Origin: Paraspadella gotoi
Taxonomy: Eukaryota; Animalia; Chaetognatha
DNA: 63,869 bases
Direction: 5' to 3'
NCBI GenBank assembly: GCA_051294375.1
Contig: CM119264.1
Span: 13,164,813 to 13,228,681, forward strand
Shown here: positions 1 through 15,097 of the stretch, piece after piece
Layout of the letters: each line of letters starts with the position of its first letter
Position numbering within the stretch: position 1 is the stretch's first letter
Position numbers and translations under genes: made by a program
Notes under the pieces: generated by a model
What the model saw: the letters and a program-made list of their open reading frames with translations, nothing else
What the model was told of the DNA's origin: nothing
Databases searched by the model: none

Positions 1-382
1 TTGGAGCGAAATGTTTACTGTTTATTGTTTACTGTTTATTGTTTACTGTTTATTGTTGAGTCAAAGGATCCTCGTCCTGTGATTCAACCTTCATCTCCAG
101 AGGAATCGATTCATCGAGGGAGCAAAAGGGGGAAAAAAAGGGAATAGCGTGAAGAGCGAAGAGTGTGAGAGCAGACAGTCCGCGATAAATGAAAATAAAA
201 CCACTTCGCTTTCGCCTTGATTTAATTCCTTTTTTGGTTTTAATTTCCACTACAAAATAATGTTTGATGCGAGCAGCCAGTCGAAACTGGCCGATAAAAA
301 ATAAATAATTCCTAGTTTTTTTCTATAAAAAAAAAACCTGTGTTCTCATATTTTGTCATAAAACTCGAACCATCACGACGAC

Positions 383-414
<32 letters not shown>

Positions 415-778
415 CGCGGGCGAGCTCTTCTCCTCCGCCGCCGCCTTCAGCGTCATCTTTCCACGCCCGAAAGAAACGAGCGCCTCGCCATTTGCGCTTC
501 TTGCCACCGGAAGTCGTTAAACATCGTTTCCCTTTTTTTTGGCGGGAAAGTTGCGACCTCCGACGCGAGGAAGAAAGAGGAGGACCGAGAAGAGGGAGAG
601 GCGGAGGAAGAGATAAGAGGAGAAGGGCGAACGAGGACGGCGACGAAAACCGCCCTAGCTTGATGAGGACGGATGGACGGACGGACGGACGAAGGCTGAG
701 GGAAAAAAATGGGAAGAAGCTCAATTTCTTCGGAAGGAAACTTTTCGAGTACTAAAATGGAGGACAAGGCAGTTAGGG

Positions 779-841
<63 letters not shown>

Positions 842-1611
842 GAGGCAGTTGGAAAAGCTGAAGGACAAGCGACGAGAAAAGATAAAGAAATAACCCTGAC
901 GGACTGACTTCTTAAAAACATCAAAGAAGAATATTTAACTATCGAAATCGTCAATTACTGACTAAAACGACTTCTTCCTCGATACTTTATAGATCTTTTC
1001 ACGTCTTTTTTCCATCTTATGTACAAAATTTGACTTCATTGCAAACCAAAGCGGTTTGTTTGAATTTTTGACTTTGTGTTGTATATTTCTTTTTTGACTA
1101 AAAAATTATCGTTCAAGTTTTAAAATATGCCACCTTGTATATTTCCGCAAAACTCTTGAAGCCGTGCAGCTTGATCACCACTCGGTACGCTTTAAAAAAT
1201 AAGTATTTACCATGTGATGACAAAGTTGGAAAAAAAGAGACTAGCCAAGCTAGAATTTGCTAAAAAAAAAAATCAAGAAGTTCCCGTCTAATATTTGATG
1301 TCGTATATTTTACTTGTGCGTGTTTCGTGCTATAACTCTTCACACAAGCTGGTATTGGCTTCAAGGCAAAATTTTTTTCCTAACTACATCAATGCGGTTT
1401 TAAATTAGATCAGCTAACGTTGTGTCCGCAGCCGCCAGAGTCTCTGCCAATCGATTTTTAACCGACAATGGCTTCTCTTCTACTAGACACTTTCCCCTCC
1501 CGCTCCCCATTGCGTCGTCGGAGTCGTCAATGTGCCCCATCTTTCGTCTCCAACGAACGAATGTCATAACCACGAGAAACGGGAGAGGGAGACATTTGAA
1601 ACCAGATGGGA

Positions 1612-1662
<51 letters not shown>

Positions 1663-3045
1663 GAAAAGGTAAATACGTTTCGTCGTTATCAGTAATTCAA
1701 TACGAAATTCAAAGTCTGCATTTTGTCTTTGAAAAAAAAATTAATGAAGAATGGATATCTTTTTAGAATAATAGTAAAAGGCACTTCTTTCAGCTTGTTA
1801 TTCTGTTGTGAGCGCTGTGGAAAACTCTCTGGAATTCTATAAAATCCTGAGAGTAAGGGCTTTGCTCAAAGTGGGCATGCGTGCAAATAAAGAATCGATT
1901 ATTCTACTGGAAGTTGACATAGTCCAACGAATGAAATGCATCGTTTCAATTGAATTGTTCGTGTTCCTTCCATATTGACGCAAAGGCCTTCGTATCAATC
2001 CTGGCTCACACTCTCCCCTTTCCTTCTCACGCTCACTCCCTTCACAACCAACCACAATCATCAGCTATCACCAACGCAACAACAACAACAACGCGAACAA
2101 CAACAGAAACCACCGTTACGCATCAAGCGTCATCTATTTTTCATGGTCATTGAATTCCGCCCGTCGTCGTGGGCTGGATATTTTTTTAAACTTTTTTTTA
2201 ATCTGTCTCTCTGTCTCTGTTTTTCTCTCCAACTCTCTCTTTTTCTTTTGCTAGTTATCTCTCGCCCGAGTCCGGCTCTTTCTTGCTTTTTTTATTTCTT
2301 TCTGCTTTTTTTTCAGCTCTTTCTTTCTCTCTTTCTTTCTTGTAATCTTTTTCTTTTCTTCTTTCTTACTTTCTCTCTTTTTTTTCTAAACCTATTACGA
2401 CAAATGACTCGACCGTTATGTCTTTTTCCTTTTTTTTTTCTTCCCTTGTTTATCCCTTCTTTTTTCCTTCTTTTTTCTTCTTTTTTTAATTCGAACTCAG
2501 AAATTGAGTCTCGGCGCTTTTATCGACGCCAATCGAATTCCAGATTTATCTAAATTGACTCAAACACACGAACGACTGGAGTCAATTCAGTATTTTTTGT
2601 CCATAATTTTGTCTTAGTCGAGCGATTAAAGAATATTTTAATATAATATATAATATATACGATGGTGTAAAAGCCTCAAATACCTGTTATTTACTGACTC
2701 CAGTTTTTTTAAAGAATAATTATATAAAAAGCGCAAACGACATTTATAAAGAAAAAGTGAAGGAAAGGCGGGAAAGATTTTTCGCATTTTCGTTGATATG
2801 AATTCGTGACCGGAATATCTTTTCGAAGATTAAGAAGAAGATGACAACGATGAAGTAGTCGAGAGAAATCACAAGATGGCGCTAAGATAATGACAGTGAG
2901 GAAAAGTGAGAAATGTTTGGGTTAAAAAACATTTTAAACAGTTCATAAAAATATTATTCCACTTCATTAATTTCTACGTAGGAATTATTAAACTAGACTG
3001 AAAAGAGTCCTTGTTTGAACAGCATGGAGAGAGAGAAGAGAGAGA

Positions 3046-3085
<40 letters not shown>

Positions 3086-3542
3086 AGTTACGATGTGTTG
3101 CCTTTTGCTGATGTATTATGGAATAAACTTAAAGAGAAATCAGGACGACGGAGAATATGGTGTTCATGACGACGCATTCCAAACTTTTAATGATGCGATG
3201 AACTTAGAGAAAAAGGAAAAAGCAAAAAAAAAAAAGATTGTTTGCTCTGGAATAATGAGAAAGAGCCAGAGGAGAGAGAAAGAGAAAAGGGGAGAAGGGA
3301 CCATTTGTTTAATGGTCCATAAGAAGAGCATAAATAAGGAGCCCATGGAATCCAATTTAAGACATTCTCTTCTTTAACTGCATCCGAGCAAATCATTTGC
3401 CTGAGATACAAAAAAATTAGAGAAGATAAAGAAAAAAAATAATGGAAACGCCTATTTAGTTTTCTCTTTCTTTCTTTTCTTCTCAAAAGCTCTCATAGTC
3501 TTTATTTCTCCCACTGAATGAACATTGCGAAAACTGTGTGTC

Positions 3543-3644
<102 letters not shown>

Positions 3645-3804
3645 AGAGAGAGAGAGACTTGAATCCGAAATACGATGGAAAAGGATAAACTCGTGACTTT
3701 TCCTATTTTCTGATTTAAAGACGCGAATCCCGAGTTCATTTGTTTGAGATTTTCTTGTTCTTTTCGCTTCCGACTTTGAGATTCTTTGGCGGCAGGAGAG
3801 AAAA

Positions 3805-3910
<106 letters not shown>

Positions 3911-3971
3911 CTGAGAGACAGAGAGACAGAGAGAGAGAGAGAAAGAGAGAGTTTCGCCATTTTCCCACCAG

Positions 3972-4562
3972 GAGAAAAATTTCGTCTTGATTCCCTCGAT
4001 AACTCCCTCCCAGGCCAAAGTCCCGTTTTCAGGAACTCGGGCCTTTCTCCTTCTGGCCCAGGATGGAAAATTTCTCCTCTTTTTCCACAATCCACATTTA
4101 CGCCTCCACCGTGCCCTGGCCAAAACTTCGTCGGCACCCGGTCGTCTCCCTCGCTTTATCACTGACCTTCTCTCTCACTCTTTCCTCGTTCTTCGCGATC
4201 CGCACGTCTGGACTCGCCTCCCGAAAAGGTCGGGATAAAACTCTCAGACTCGCAACTCGCGGTTCTCTCGGTCGACCAGTAACGCGGAAACCAGCTGGAC
4301 TCCCGACGCGATCTCGGGAACGACTACGGAGGCGGAAGAAGGGGGGAGGAAGGGGGAGAAGGGGGTGGAAGGGGTTGGGAAGTTTCCGATGAGGAGAAAT
4401 GTGGAGGAGATGAGAGAATCAGGGTTAAAAGGGGAAAGAGAAGAGAGTTATGAAAAGAGAGACGAAAACAGAGATCCAATTTCATGGTCTTGAGCGGGAA
4501 AAGAGAATGAATGCGTTGTAAAAAATTAAAGAGAAAAGGCGAGCAAAATGAGAAAGAAGAGA

Positions 4563-4649
<87 letters not shown>

Positions 4650-4662
4650 ACGAATACAGAAA

Positions 4663-4739
<77 letters not shown>

Positions 4740-6332
4740 AGAAAGAAAGAAAGAAGAAAGAACGAACGAACGAACGAACGAACGAACGAACGAACGAACG
4801 AAAGAACGAACGATAATAACGAGAGAGCCAGTAATCCGATGTTCATAATAAAATAGTTAATGATATTTGTTCCAGTATTACTTGTTTGACGACTCGTTCA
4901 AAAGCTGTAGCGATAAGTTTGCCCGACTGCCAACCGGTTTGAAATCGACGCCGAAGACGCTCCTTATTCTTTAATTAATCGAAAAAGACTCAAATTCCTT
5001 TGGCCAAACTGAGATTGCTCAATGCCGGACAAAAAATGGTCAACTCTCACACCGGTTCGAGTCTGACAAAAACGTTTTTCTTGAAAAAAAAATATTTCGA
5101 GGAAGAACAACAGGAATAATGAGCGGAGCTCGAATGAGTTTTTTCAATCACCCATCACTTCGGTTTAGATCATTTTAGCTACTTTTTCGGTTTTAATTCG
5201 ATTTGTAAAATTAGAAAGAACGCCAAAACTTTGGATGGTATTTCATACAATTTGACAGAGTGTCTTTTCTTTACATCATAGTTATTATCCAAAAATCATA
5301 ATTCAAAAGTTTAAAATACTGAAGCCTTTTCATATTTTAAAAATTGTGTGTGGCGCGATATATTCCGCCGCCTCTCCTCCGACCCATTTCAGCCAATTGA
5401 AATATAAAATATGTATTAATATGTGTAAGTTAGGTTATTAAATTTGTGAGTAACCAATTTAATCAAGCGTAAGGACTGGCGACAAAGTCATCGGCAGTGG
5501 GAATTGAAAAATCTGCTAATGATTTATAAGAAAGACCGAGGTCAACTCTTGGCCCACTTGGAACCGAGGTTTGGAGATTGGGCGGTGCACTTCCCCTTTT
5601 CCGGTCGTTATTTTGAATTTTCTTATAACAATAACGAAATACAAACTGTCATCAGCTTTGTCAATTTAAAATTGGTTTTTCTTGTTCAAATCGAGACGGA
5701 GTTGAATCTGGGTGAAAATTATCGTATTGGATTTCTTCCAAATTTTCCTCTATTTCATTTTATTCCGAGTTATTTTTTTTTCTTTTAGCACCCTACATTT
5801 TTTTTTCGATAAGAAACTACCAGTTATCATATTTTTAATCATTTATTAAATCTCGGATCCTCGGATCACTCGTTTGTCAGACAACAACAATCACAACAAC
5901 AACAACAACGGGCCCGCCTACGAAGACATTGGTGAATGGGTCGAGCTCGTTAGTTCAATAACTCCAAACGACAATTTTTTTTACCGGTTTTCGAAACATT
6001 TATCTTTGCGAGAGAGAATCTCCGGTTCGCGAAGAGCCGCCGCATACCTCGTCCACTCTCTCTTTCTCTCTCGTCCGTCGAGTATTGCCGTCCATTCATT
6101 CGTCCCAATCAATCGGCCTTTCAACTCGTCTTCGCCGAGATAATCTTATGATCGATTTTTTTAAGTATATATATGGTATTCGCGTTTCACTGATCTACGC
6201 AACTTAGAATATCGTTCTTCACAATCATTAAAGTATTGTAAAACTTCGATTTTTAAAAGAAAATTAAGTTCGTTCTTGGATTAATTTATGCTGATTTATG
6301 CAGTCGACGATGGCTTAACGGTTGTAGCGTGA
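3972..6332 (+). CDS. 3' exons of an unidentified spliced gene, possibly a divergent Golgi sulfotransferase-like protein, copy 1
   Basis: Candidate exons 3972-4228, 4876-4936, 5531-5568, 5881-5931, 6304-6332 (TGA), all AG|..|GT. Using the copy-2 reading at two A-runs plus one added base in the third exon gives EKFRLDSLDNSLPGQSPVFRNSGLSPSGPGWKFLLFFHNPHLRLHRAL...RFITDLLSHSFLVLRDPHVWTRLPKK-YYLFDDSFKSCSDKFARLPT-(E)KTEVNSWPTWNR-DNNNHNNNNNGPAYEDI-VDDGLTVVA*. A Thr-rich candidate exon 1986-2145 joins upstream in phase. Confidence 0.45.
4564..4812 (+). repeat. Compound microsatellite (AG)n-(AAAG)n-(AACG)n, representative of dozens of (AG/CT)n, (AAAG)n and (GTC)n tracts in the window
   Basis: Read directly. 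Other examples: 782-838, 3547-3650, 13501-13604, 15017-15098, 21320-21410 (AGAAG)n, 26692-26820, 30427-30533, 59215-59420. Confidence 0.97.
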
Positions 6333-8633
6333 AAAGCTTTCTTTTGGACGAGTAATCTTTCGATCCGCCCGGAATACCTTGATCTGATAAGTCACAATTC
6401 AATAAAAGTAATCCTTTTTAGGTTTTTTAAAGAAAATATTATAAACACGATCGTATAAAAGTGAGACGATCATCAAAGTAAAAGTAAAAGAAACCACTTC
6501 GCCCCGACTTGTGTAACATTTATAGTTGTGCTCCGGACTTTAAACTGAATGTTGATTCTAGATTCTAAAGGCAAACATCATAGCATAAGGATTAAACAAT
6601 TTGAGGTTATCTTTTCCCTGGAATCGCGGTTCGCCGATCTATCATATTTGTTCTTTCACATAGGGTTTTGTCAGTTTTCCCGCGGAAAGTTATGGATTAT
6701 GCGATTTTGAACAAAAGAACAAAAAAAACACGAATGAAAAAATAATTATCAAGGACCCGAAGAAAAAGAAAAGATAACGCAAACCTGGCCAAAGAGAAAA
6801 GATCTCGATATTCATTATTATAACCCTTACATTATTTCATTTCAGTTTAATGATAATTTTCATATTAATCTCTTGAAGGGATAGAGACAAGAAATATAGT
6901 TGTGAAAACTTTAAAATTAAGGTATTAAGTCAATCTCCAATTTGATAAAAAACATTGGAAAAAAATAAAAGATAAAAATATTCTTAAAATTTAATTGAAT
7001 TCAAAATTTAATTGAATTCAAATTTGTTCTCAAGGCTTAGAAATAATAATAAAAAATATTTAGGCATATTAACAGATAACAAGAAAATGCTTGAAATATA
7101 TTTTTTCTATTTTTATCAAGTTTGTCCTGAATAGGTTCGAGTAAAATTATTTCATTCTGAAAGAGCTTTGATTTTAAAACGCCCAAAAATGTAAAAGTGG
7201 TCTAAGTAGATTCTTGAATTTTCATGAATAAAACCTTGATTTTATCACAGATGAGTCGTTAACAAAATTTTATTGCTGAAACATGTTATTAGAAATGTGC
7301 TTCTTGAGAAAATTAAACATTAATTGAAAAATTTTCTTCAACCTGTTTTTCCTTTTATAAAACATGAGTTTTAGAACATTTTTATCTCCTTAGTGAGTCC
7401 AAAATAATTTGCCCCAATGAACAGACAAAATATTATTTTTTTTAATATAAAAGCAAATTGCTGATTATACAGACGCATTTCCACATAAAAAACCCATAAT
7501 CAATAAATTTAAAAAAAAACCGATTAAAAGCAGAATAAAAAATCCGAATTCCTTTTTGGAGATGAGAACACTTGTTTCGTGCTCTTCGTTCCAATGCAGG
7601 CGAGATTTTGAAAATCATTGTACAGGCAAAAAACATTGTATGGATGCCGGCCTTAAATTTCCGTATTTAATGTTAAAGATTAATCATTTTTTATAGATTT
7701 TTTTATACCAATTTAATTTTTGTAGAATTATTCTATAATAATTTTTAATTACCGTTTAGTAAATAATAATTCTTGCTTCATCTCTTTCTACCTGACATAT
7801 TAAACACAACACTAACTGTTTTTATATATTCTTCAAAAAATTCTAAAATTTCAAAAAAATGCAGGAGACATCTTTTATTGGCCACCTGGTACTTTCACCA
7901 TCCAGCATCCAAACCGGTTTTGTCTCTTTCATGTCATCCTTCGCTTTTATCGAGTTATTTTAACTTCGCTAAAAATCCAAGTGTTTCCCTCTTTTATTTT
8001 TTACATATATTTTTAGAGAATTGATTTATCCGTTTAAAAAAGGTCAAATACGTATTTCATAGTTACTGTATGCCAAGCTGCGAATAAATCTGTTTTAATG
8101 TATTACTTTTATGGAAAAAAAAGAAATTGAACAGCTGATGAAAATAAAATGGAAATAAAGCCATGTTAGTTGTAAATTACATTGAATTTTTTTTCATACT
8201 TACTTTATTAAAAAATGCAAATAATTCAGGATAATTTACAATTTTACTTAAAATAAAATAATGAAAAAGAAGTTACTAACTTCCTCAATAGGAGGTATAA
8301 TCAAATCGTATAATACAAAATAAATGGTGGCAAGAATGACGATGTTTGTCTTCATTTTTGATTAATCATGTCTTCGATTATTAACAAAACTTTTAGTCTT
8401 TTTTCGCAGCATGCTTGATATAAAAATTAAATCCAAATTTCATGACATGTAACTCAGTAAAAGTATTTCTCTCTTTCAATTCTCCTTTAGTCTACTAAAT
8501 TTAGCGTCGTCTGACATGCCATCAAAACTTAAAACTTGGTAAAGATGAAAACTTTTGCAGACTGTTTGAACCAATTCGTCGCTTTGTCGTCCAGATCTTA
8601 GTTTAAAATGGGAATTCNNNNNNNNNNCACCAG

Positions 8634-9181
8634 GAGAAAAATTTCGTCTTGATTCCCTCGATAACTCCCTCCCAGGCCAAAGTCCCGTTTTCCGGAACTC
8701 GGGCCTTTCTCCTTCTGGCCCAGGATGGAAATTTCTCCTCTTTTTCCACAATCCACATTTACGCCTCCACCGTGCCCTGGCCAAAACTTCGTCGGCACCC
8801 GGTCGTCTCCCTCGCTTTATCACTGACCTTCTCTCTCACTCTTTCCTCGTTCTTCGCGATCCGCACGTCTGGACTCGCCTCCCGAAAAAGGTCGGGATAA
8901 AACTCTCAGACTCGCAGACTCGCGGTTCTCTCGGTCGAACCAGTACCACACCACCATGGACTCCGGCATCTCGGGACGTACAGAGGAGAGGCGGGTCGCA
9001 GAGGATGGAAGGGTTGCGGATTGGAAGTTTCCGAAATGTCGGAGTACGAGGTTAAACCAGAGAGAGACGTATGAAAGAGATCCGAATGTTCATGGTCTTG
9101 AGCTGGTGAAAAGAGAATGAATGCGTTTGTGAGAAAATTTAAAGAGAGATACAAGGCGAGCAAAAAGAGAGTGAGAGAAGA

Positions 9182-9273
<92 letters not shown>

Positions 9274-10989
9274 ACGAAAAAGAAAGAAAGAAAGAAGAAA
9301 GAAAGAAAGAAAGAAAAGAAAGAAAGAAAGATAAGAAAAGAAAGAAAGAAGAAAGAAAGAAAGAACAGAAAGAATAGAACGAACGAGACGAACGAACGAA
9401 CGAAAGATCGAAAAGACGATACGAACGATAATAACGAGAGAGCCAGTAATACCGATGGTTCATATATAAAATAGTAATTGGATGATTTGTTCCAGTATTA
9501 CTTGTTTGACGACTCGTATCAAAGCTGTTAGCGATATAATTTTGCCCGACTGCCAACCGGTTGAACATCGTCGGCCGGAAGGACGCTCCTATTATTCTTT
9601 AATTAATCGAAAAAGGACTCAAATTCCTCTTGGCCAAACTGAGATTGCTCAATGCCGGACAAAAATGGGTCAACTCTCACACCGGGTTCGAGTCTGGACA
9701 AAAACGTTTTTCTTGAAAAAAAAAAAATATTTCGAGGAAGAACAAGCAGGAATAATGAGCGGAGCTCGAATGAGCTTTTTTCCCATCACCCAATCACTTC
9801 GGTTTAGATCATTTTGAGCTACTTTTTTGGTTTTAATTCGATTTGTAAAATTAGAAAGAACCGCCAAAATTTGGATTGGTATGTTCATTCAAATTTGACA
9901 GAGTGTCTTTTCTTTACATCATAGTTATTATCCAATAAACTATAATTCAAAAGTTTAAAATACTGAAGCTTTTCATATTTTAAAAATTGTTGTGGCGGTA
10001 TATTCACGCCGCCTCTCCTCGACCCATGTTCAGCCACATTGAAATGTAATAATGGTATGTAATGTAATGTGTGTAGTTTTTAGGTTATTAAATTGTGAGT
10101 AACCAATTTAATCAAGCGTTAAGGACTGGCGACAAAGTCATCGGCAGTGGGGATTGAAAAAATCTGCTAATGATTTATATAGAGAAAGACCGAGGTCAAC
10201 TCTTGGCCCACTTGGAACGGGTTTGGAGATTGGGCGGTGCACTGTTCCCCTTTTCCGGTCGTTATTTTGAATTTTCTTATAACAATAACGAAATACAAAC
10301 TGTCATCAGCTTTGTCAATTTTAAAATTGGTTTTTCTTGTTCAAATCGAGACGGAGTTGAATCTGGGTGAAAATTATCGTATTGGATTTCTTCCAAATTT
10401 TCCTCTATTTTTTCATTTTATTCCGAGTTATTTTTTTTTTCTTTTAGCACCCTACATTTTTTTTCGATAAGAAACTACCAGTTAATCATTTTAATCATTT
10501 ATTAAATCTCGGATCCTCGATCACTCGTTTGGTCAACAACAACACAACAACAACAACAACAAACAACACGGGCCGCCTACGAAGACATGGGTGAATGGGT
10601 CGAGCTCGGTTAGTCAATAACTCCAAACGACAATTTTTTGTACCGGTTTTCGAAAACATTATCTTTGCGAGAGAGAATCTCCGTTCGCGAAGAGCCGCCG
10701 CATACCTCGTCCACTCTCTCTTTCTCTCTCGTCGTCGAGTATTGCCGTCCATTCATTCGTCCAATCAATCGGCCTTTCAACTCGTCTTGCGCGCGAGATA
10801 ATCTTATGATCGATTTTTTTAAGTATATATATGGTATTCGCGTTTCACTGATCTACGCAACTTAGAATATCGTCTTCACAATCATTAAAGTATTGTAAAA
10901 CTTCGATTTTTAAAAGAAAATTAAGTTCGTTCTTGGATTAATTTATGCTGATTTATGCAGTCGACGATGGCTTAACGGTTGTAGCGTGA
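8634..10989 (+). CDS. Duplicate copy of the unidentified spliced gene's 3' exons
   Basis: Matches 3972-6332. The first exon is in frame here (GGA TGG AAA TTT CTC...CCG AAA AAG|gt); later exons carry many indels. Confidence 0.35.
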
Positions 10990-13499
10990 AAAGCTTTCTT
11001 TTGGACGAGTAATCTTTCGATCCGCCGGAATACCTTGATCTGATAAGTCACAATTCAATAAAAGTAATCTTTTTAGGTTTTTTAAAGAAAATATTATAAA
11101 CACGATCGTATAAAAGTGAGACGATCATCAAAGTAAAAGTAAAAGAAACCACTTCGCCCCGACTTTGTAACACTTATATTTGTCTCCGACTTTAAACTAA
11201 TTTGTTCTAATTCTAAGGCAAACATCATACATAAATGATTAAACATTTGAGTTATCTTTTCCCTGAATCGCGGTTCGCCGATCTATCATATTTTGTCTTC
11301 ACATAGGGTTTTGTCAGTTTCCCGCGGAAAGATGATTATGGATTTTGAAAAAAAGAACAAAAAAAAACACGAATGAAAAAATAAATTAGTCAAGGACCCG
11401 AAGAAAAAGAAAGATAACGCAAACCTGGGCCAAAGAGAAAAGATCTCGATATCATTATTATAACCCTTACATTATTTCATTTCAGTTTAATGATAATTCT
11501 CATATTAATCTCTTGAAGGGATAGAGACAAGAAATATAGTTGTGAAAAACTTTAAAATTAAGGTATTAAGTCAATCTCCAATTTGATAAAAACATTGGAA
11601 AAAAATAAAAGATAAAAATATTCTTAAAATTTAATTGAATTCAAAATTTGTTCTCAAGGCTTAGAAATAATAATAAAAATATTTAGGCATATTAACAGAT
11701 AACAGAAAATGCTTGAAATATATTTTTTCTATTTTTATCAAGTTTGTCCTGAATAGGTTCGAGTAAAATTATTTCATTCTGAAAGAGCTTTGATTTTAAA
11801 ACGCCCAAAAATGTAAAAGTGGTCTAAGTAGATTCTTGAATTTTCATGAATAAAACCTTGATTTTATCACAGATGAGTCGTTAACAAAATTTTATTGCTG
11901 AAACATGTTATTAGAAATGTGCTTCTTGAGAAAATTAAACATTAATTGAAAAATTTTCTCAACCTGTTTTTCCTTTTATAAAACATGAGTTTTAGACATT
12001 TTTATCTCCTAGTGAGTCCCAAAATAATTTGCCCCAATGAACAGACAAAATATTATTTTTTTTAATATAAAAGCAAATTGCTGATTATACAGACGCATTT
12101 CCACATAAACCCATAATCAATAAATTTAAAAAAAAACCGATTAAAAGCAGAATAAAAATCCGAATTCCTTTTGTGGAGATGAGAACACTTGTTTCGTGCT
12201 CTTTCGTTCCCAATGCAGGCGAGATTTTGAAATCATTGTACAGTGCTAAAAAACATTGTATGGGATGCCGGCCTTAAATTTCCGGTATTTAATGTTTAAA
12301 GATTTAATCATTTTTTATAGATTTTTTATACCAATTTAATTTTTGTAGAATTATTTATAATAATTTTTAATTACCGTTTAAGTAAATAATAATTCTTTGC
12401 TTCATCTCTTTCTACCTGACATATTAAACACAACACTAACTGTTTATAGATTCTTCAAAAATTCTAAAATTTTCAAAAAAATGCAGGAGACATCTTTTAT
12501 TGGCCACCTGGTACTTTCACCATCCAGCATCCAAACCGGTTTTGTTCTTTCATGTCATCCTTCGCTTTTATCGAGTTATTTTAACTTCGCTAAAAATCCA
12601 AGTGTTTCCCTCTTTTATTTTTTTACATATATTTTTAGAGAATTGATTTATCCGGTTTAAAAAAGGTCAAATACGTATTTCATAGTTACTGTATGCCAAG
12701 CTGCGAATAAATCTGTATTTAATTGTATTACTTTTATGGAAAAAAAAGAAAATCTGAAAGCTGATGAAAATAAAATGGAAATAAAGCCATGTTAGTTGTA
12801 AATTACATTGAATTTTTTTTATACTTACTTTATTAAAAAATGCAAAATAATTCAGGATAATTTGACAATTTTCACTTAAAATAAAATTAATGAAAAAGAA
12901 GTTACTAACTTCCTCAATAGGAGGTATAATCAAATCGTATAATACAAAATAAATGGTGGCAAGAATGACGATGTTTGTCTTCATTTTTGATTAATCATGT
13001 CTTCGATTATTAACAAAACTTTTAGTCTTTTTTCGCAGCATGCTTGATATAAAAATTAAATCCAAATTTCATGACATGTAACTCAGTAAAAGTATTTCTC
13101 TCTTTCAATTCTCCTTTAGTCTACTAAATTTAGCGTCGTCTGACATGCCATCAAAACTTAAAACTTGGTAAAGATGAAAACTTTTGCAGACTGTTTGAAC
13201 CAATTCGTCGCTTTGTCGTCCAGATCTTAGTTTAAAATGGGAATTCACTAATCTCCAAATTTGAAGTAAAAATGTTCATGACATTAAAAAGCAAACTTAT
13301 TAATTATTCATTTTTAAGACTTAATTCAATTAAACTGATACCATTTTTTAATTTATATATTTTTTTAAAATTATTTGATGATTGTAAAATAATTTCTGGG
13401 TAACTAAGAGTAATTGATCGAATTAAATTTCCAAGCTCAGTTGATTATAATTATAATAACGTAATCAAGATTTTCAAAAGATCACGCGATTCAGAAGTA

Positions 13500-13609
<110 letters not shown>

Positions 13610-14532
13610 AGTTCATCCTTCTTATCTTTATTGCGGTTTAAGAGTTAAGCATCATTGAATTTTTTAAACTCGCATCGATCATTTCCCGCTTCATGAAATA
13701 ATAAACGTCCGAAAATAACTAAAATATCTTAACCATTTCGTAATTGAAACAACCCAAATCTCTTGAATTGCGTGAGAGAGCGGAGAAGAAAATATTAAAA
13801 ACATTAATTCTCACATTGATGAATAAGGAATTATAAAAGTAAAACCTAAAAAGGGATAGAAATGAGCTTGTTTAAAAAACAATATGTATTGTAAAGAAAT
13901 AATCCCTAGGTAAAAGAGACTAAATCAAATTGATTTTAAAACAATTCATTTGGACATTTAATGCATTCGTTATCACAGCACCAATATTATGATAATATAT
14001 TCTCACACAACGACGTACATATTTCTATGATCGAAAGAAAAAAATATTTTGACTTTATTGAATAACTTAACCCCCTAAAAATGAGTAACTAATTGTAAAA
14101 ACTTTTTTTTTTCTAAAATACTGAATAATCATTATCAACAAAACTTTAGATTTCTTCTTATGCAGTGCAATATGATTACTTACACCTCTGATTCCAACGG
14201 CGAGCTTTAACCAACGAACCCTCGACGAACATGTTACATATCTCTTGACTGGTGCGAAACCAAAACTCAAATCGTCTAAAGAGAAAATTGGAAAAGCGCC
14301 TTTCTCTCCCCGTCCCAATTCGCCAAGAGCCTTCCCAATTAATTTTCGATTCCCAGCAATTTTTCTCTTTCCGTTTTTTTTTTTTTTTTTGTTAATAAAT
14401 TAACTTACGTCTAAGTTTTGAAAAAAAAAAAAATTTCGGCAGAGTCGAGATTTCATCATTTCGTTTTAACTTAATGAACGAAATTTTTTTCCGTTTCTGG
14501 AATTTGACCGAAGGAGGAAAAAAAAGAAAAAA

Positions 14533-15014
14533 ATGGATCTAGACTCGGCCCTTTCAAAACTGGGAATTTGGGGTAGGTAAACGTCACCGTTAGTTTTTTT
14601 AAAAGTCGATGAATTAATATTAAACTGCGAAATTTTCGAGTTGGATAGCGAAGAGACAAAATGGGGTCCTCAAGATGATCACTTTTCCCCTTTCTTATCC
14701 CTTACCCTTCCGGGCCTTCCACCCTTTTCTTTTCAGGTTTCTTTCCTCTCGTCACTTTCCTCATCATCTGCTGGGGCGCATTCATCACTCCTCTCTACAT
14801 CCTTTATCCTTCTTTCCTCACCTTCACGCCGCGAGTCCACAACGTCTCCGCCAGCGGCGCTGCCTGCAACTTCAGCGCCGACGATGGCGTCAACAACGCC
14901 GATTACCAAACAACGCCGAGATTTTGTCCGGGAAACACGAGTTTTTATTGCGTCGACGACAGAGATAGAATGCAGGTCGATATCGGTGATCGGTAATGGG
15001 CGGAAGAGAGAGAG

Positions 15015-15097
<83 letters not shown>

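Larger units (their letters stand above)
3966..13246 (+). repeat. Tandem segmental duplicate A: 3966-8617 and 8628-13246 across a 10-N gap
   Basis: Both copies start caccaggagaaaaatttcg and end ttaaaatgggaattc; they differ mostly by 1-bp indels. Confidence 0.95.

Noticed and set aside
50-3400. Minus-strand ORF fragments (50-250, 1837-2061, ~3300-3400) as one gene
   Set aside because: No recognisable domain and no consistent exon chain.
7440-8617. Exon-like peptides (MKTNIVILATIYF.., GDIFYWPPG, ENHCTGKKH) here and at 12060-13250
   Set aside because: No phase-consistent splice path on either strand; the short motif matches could be chance.
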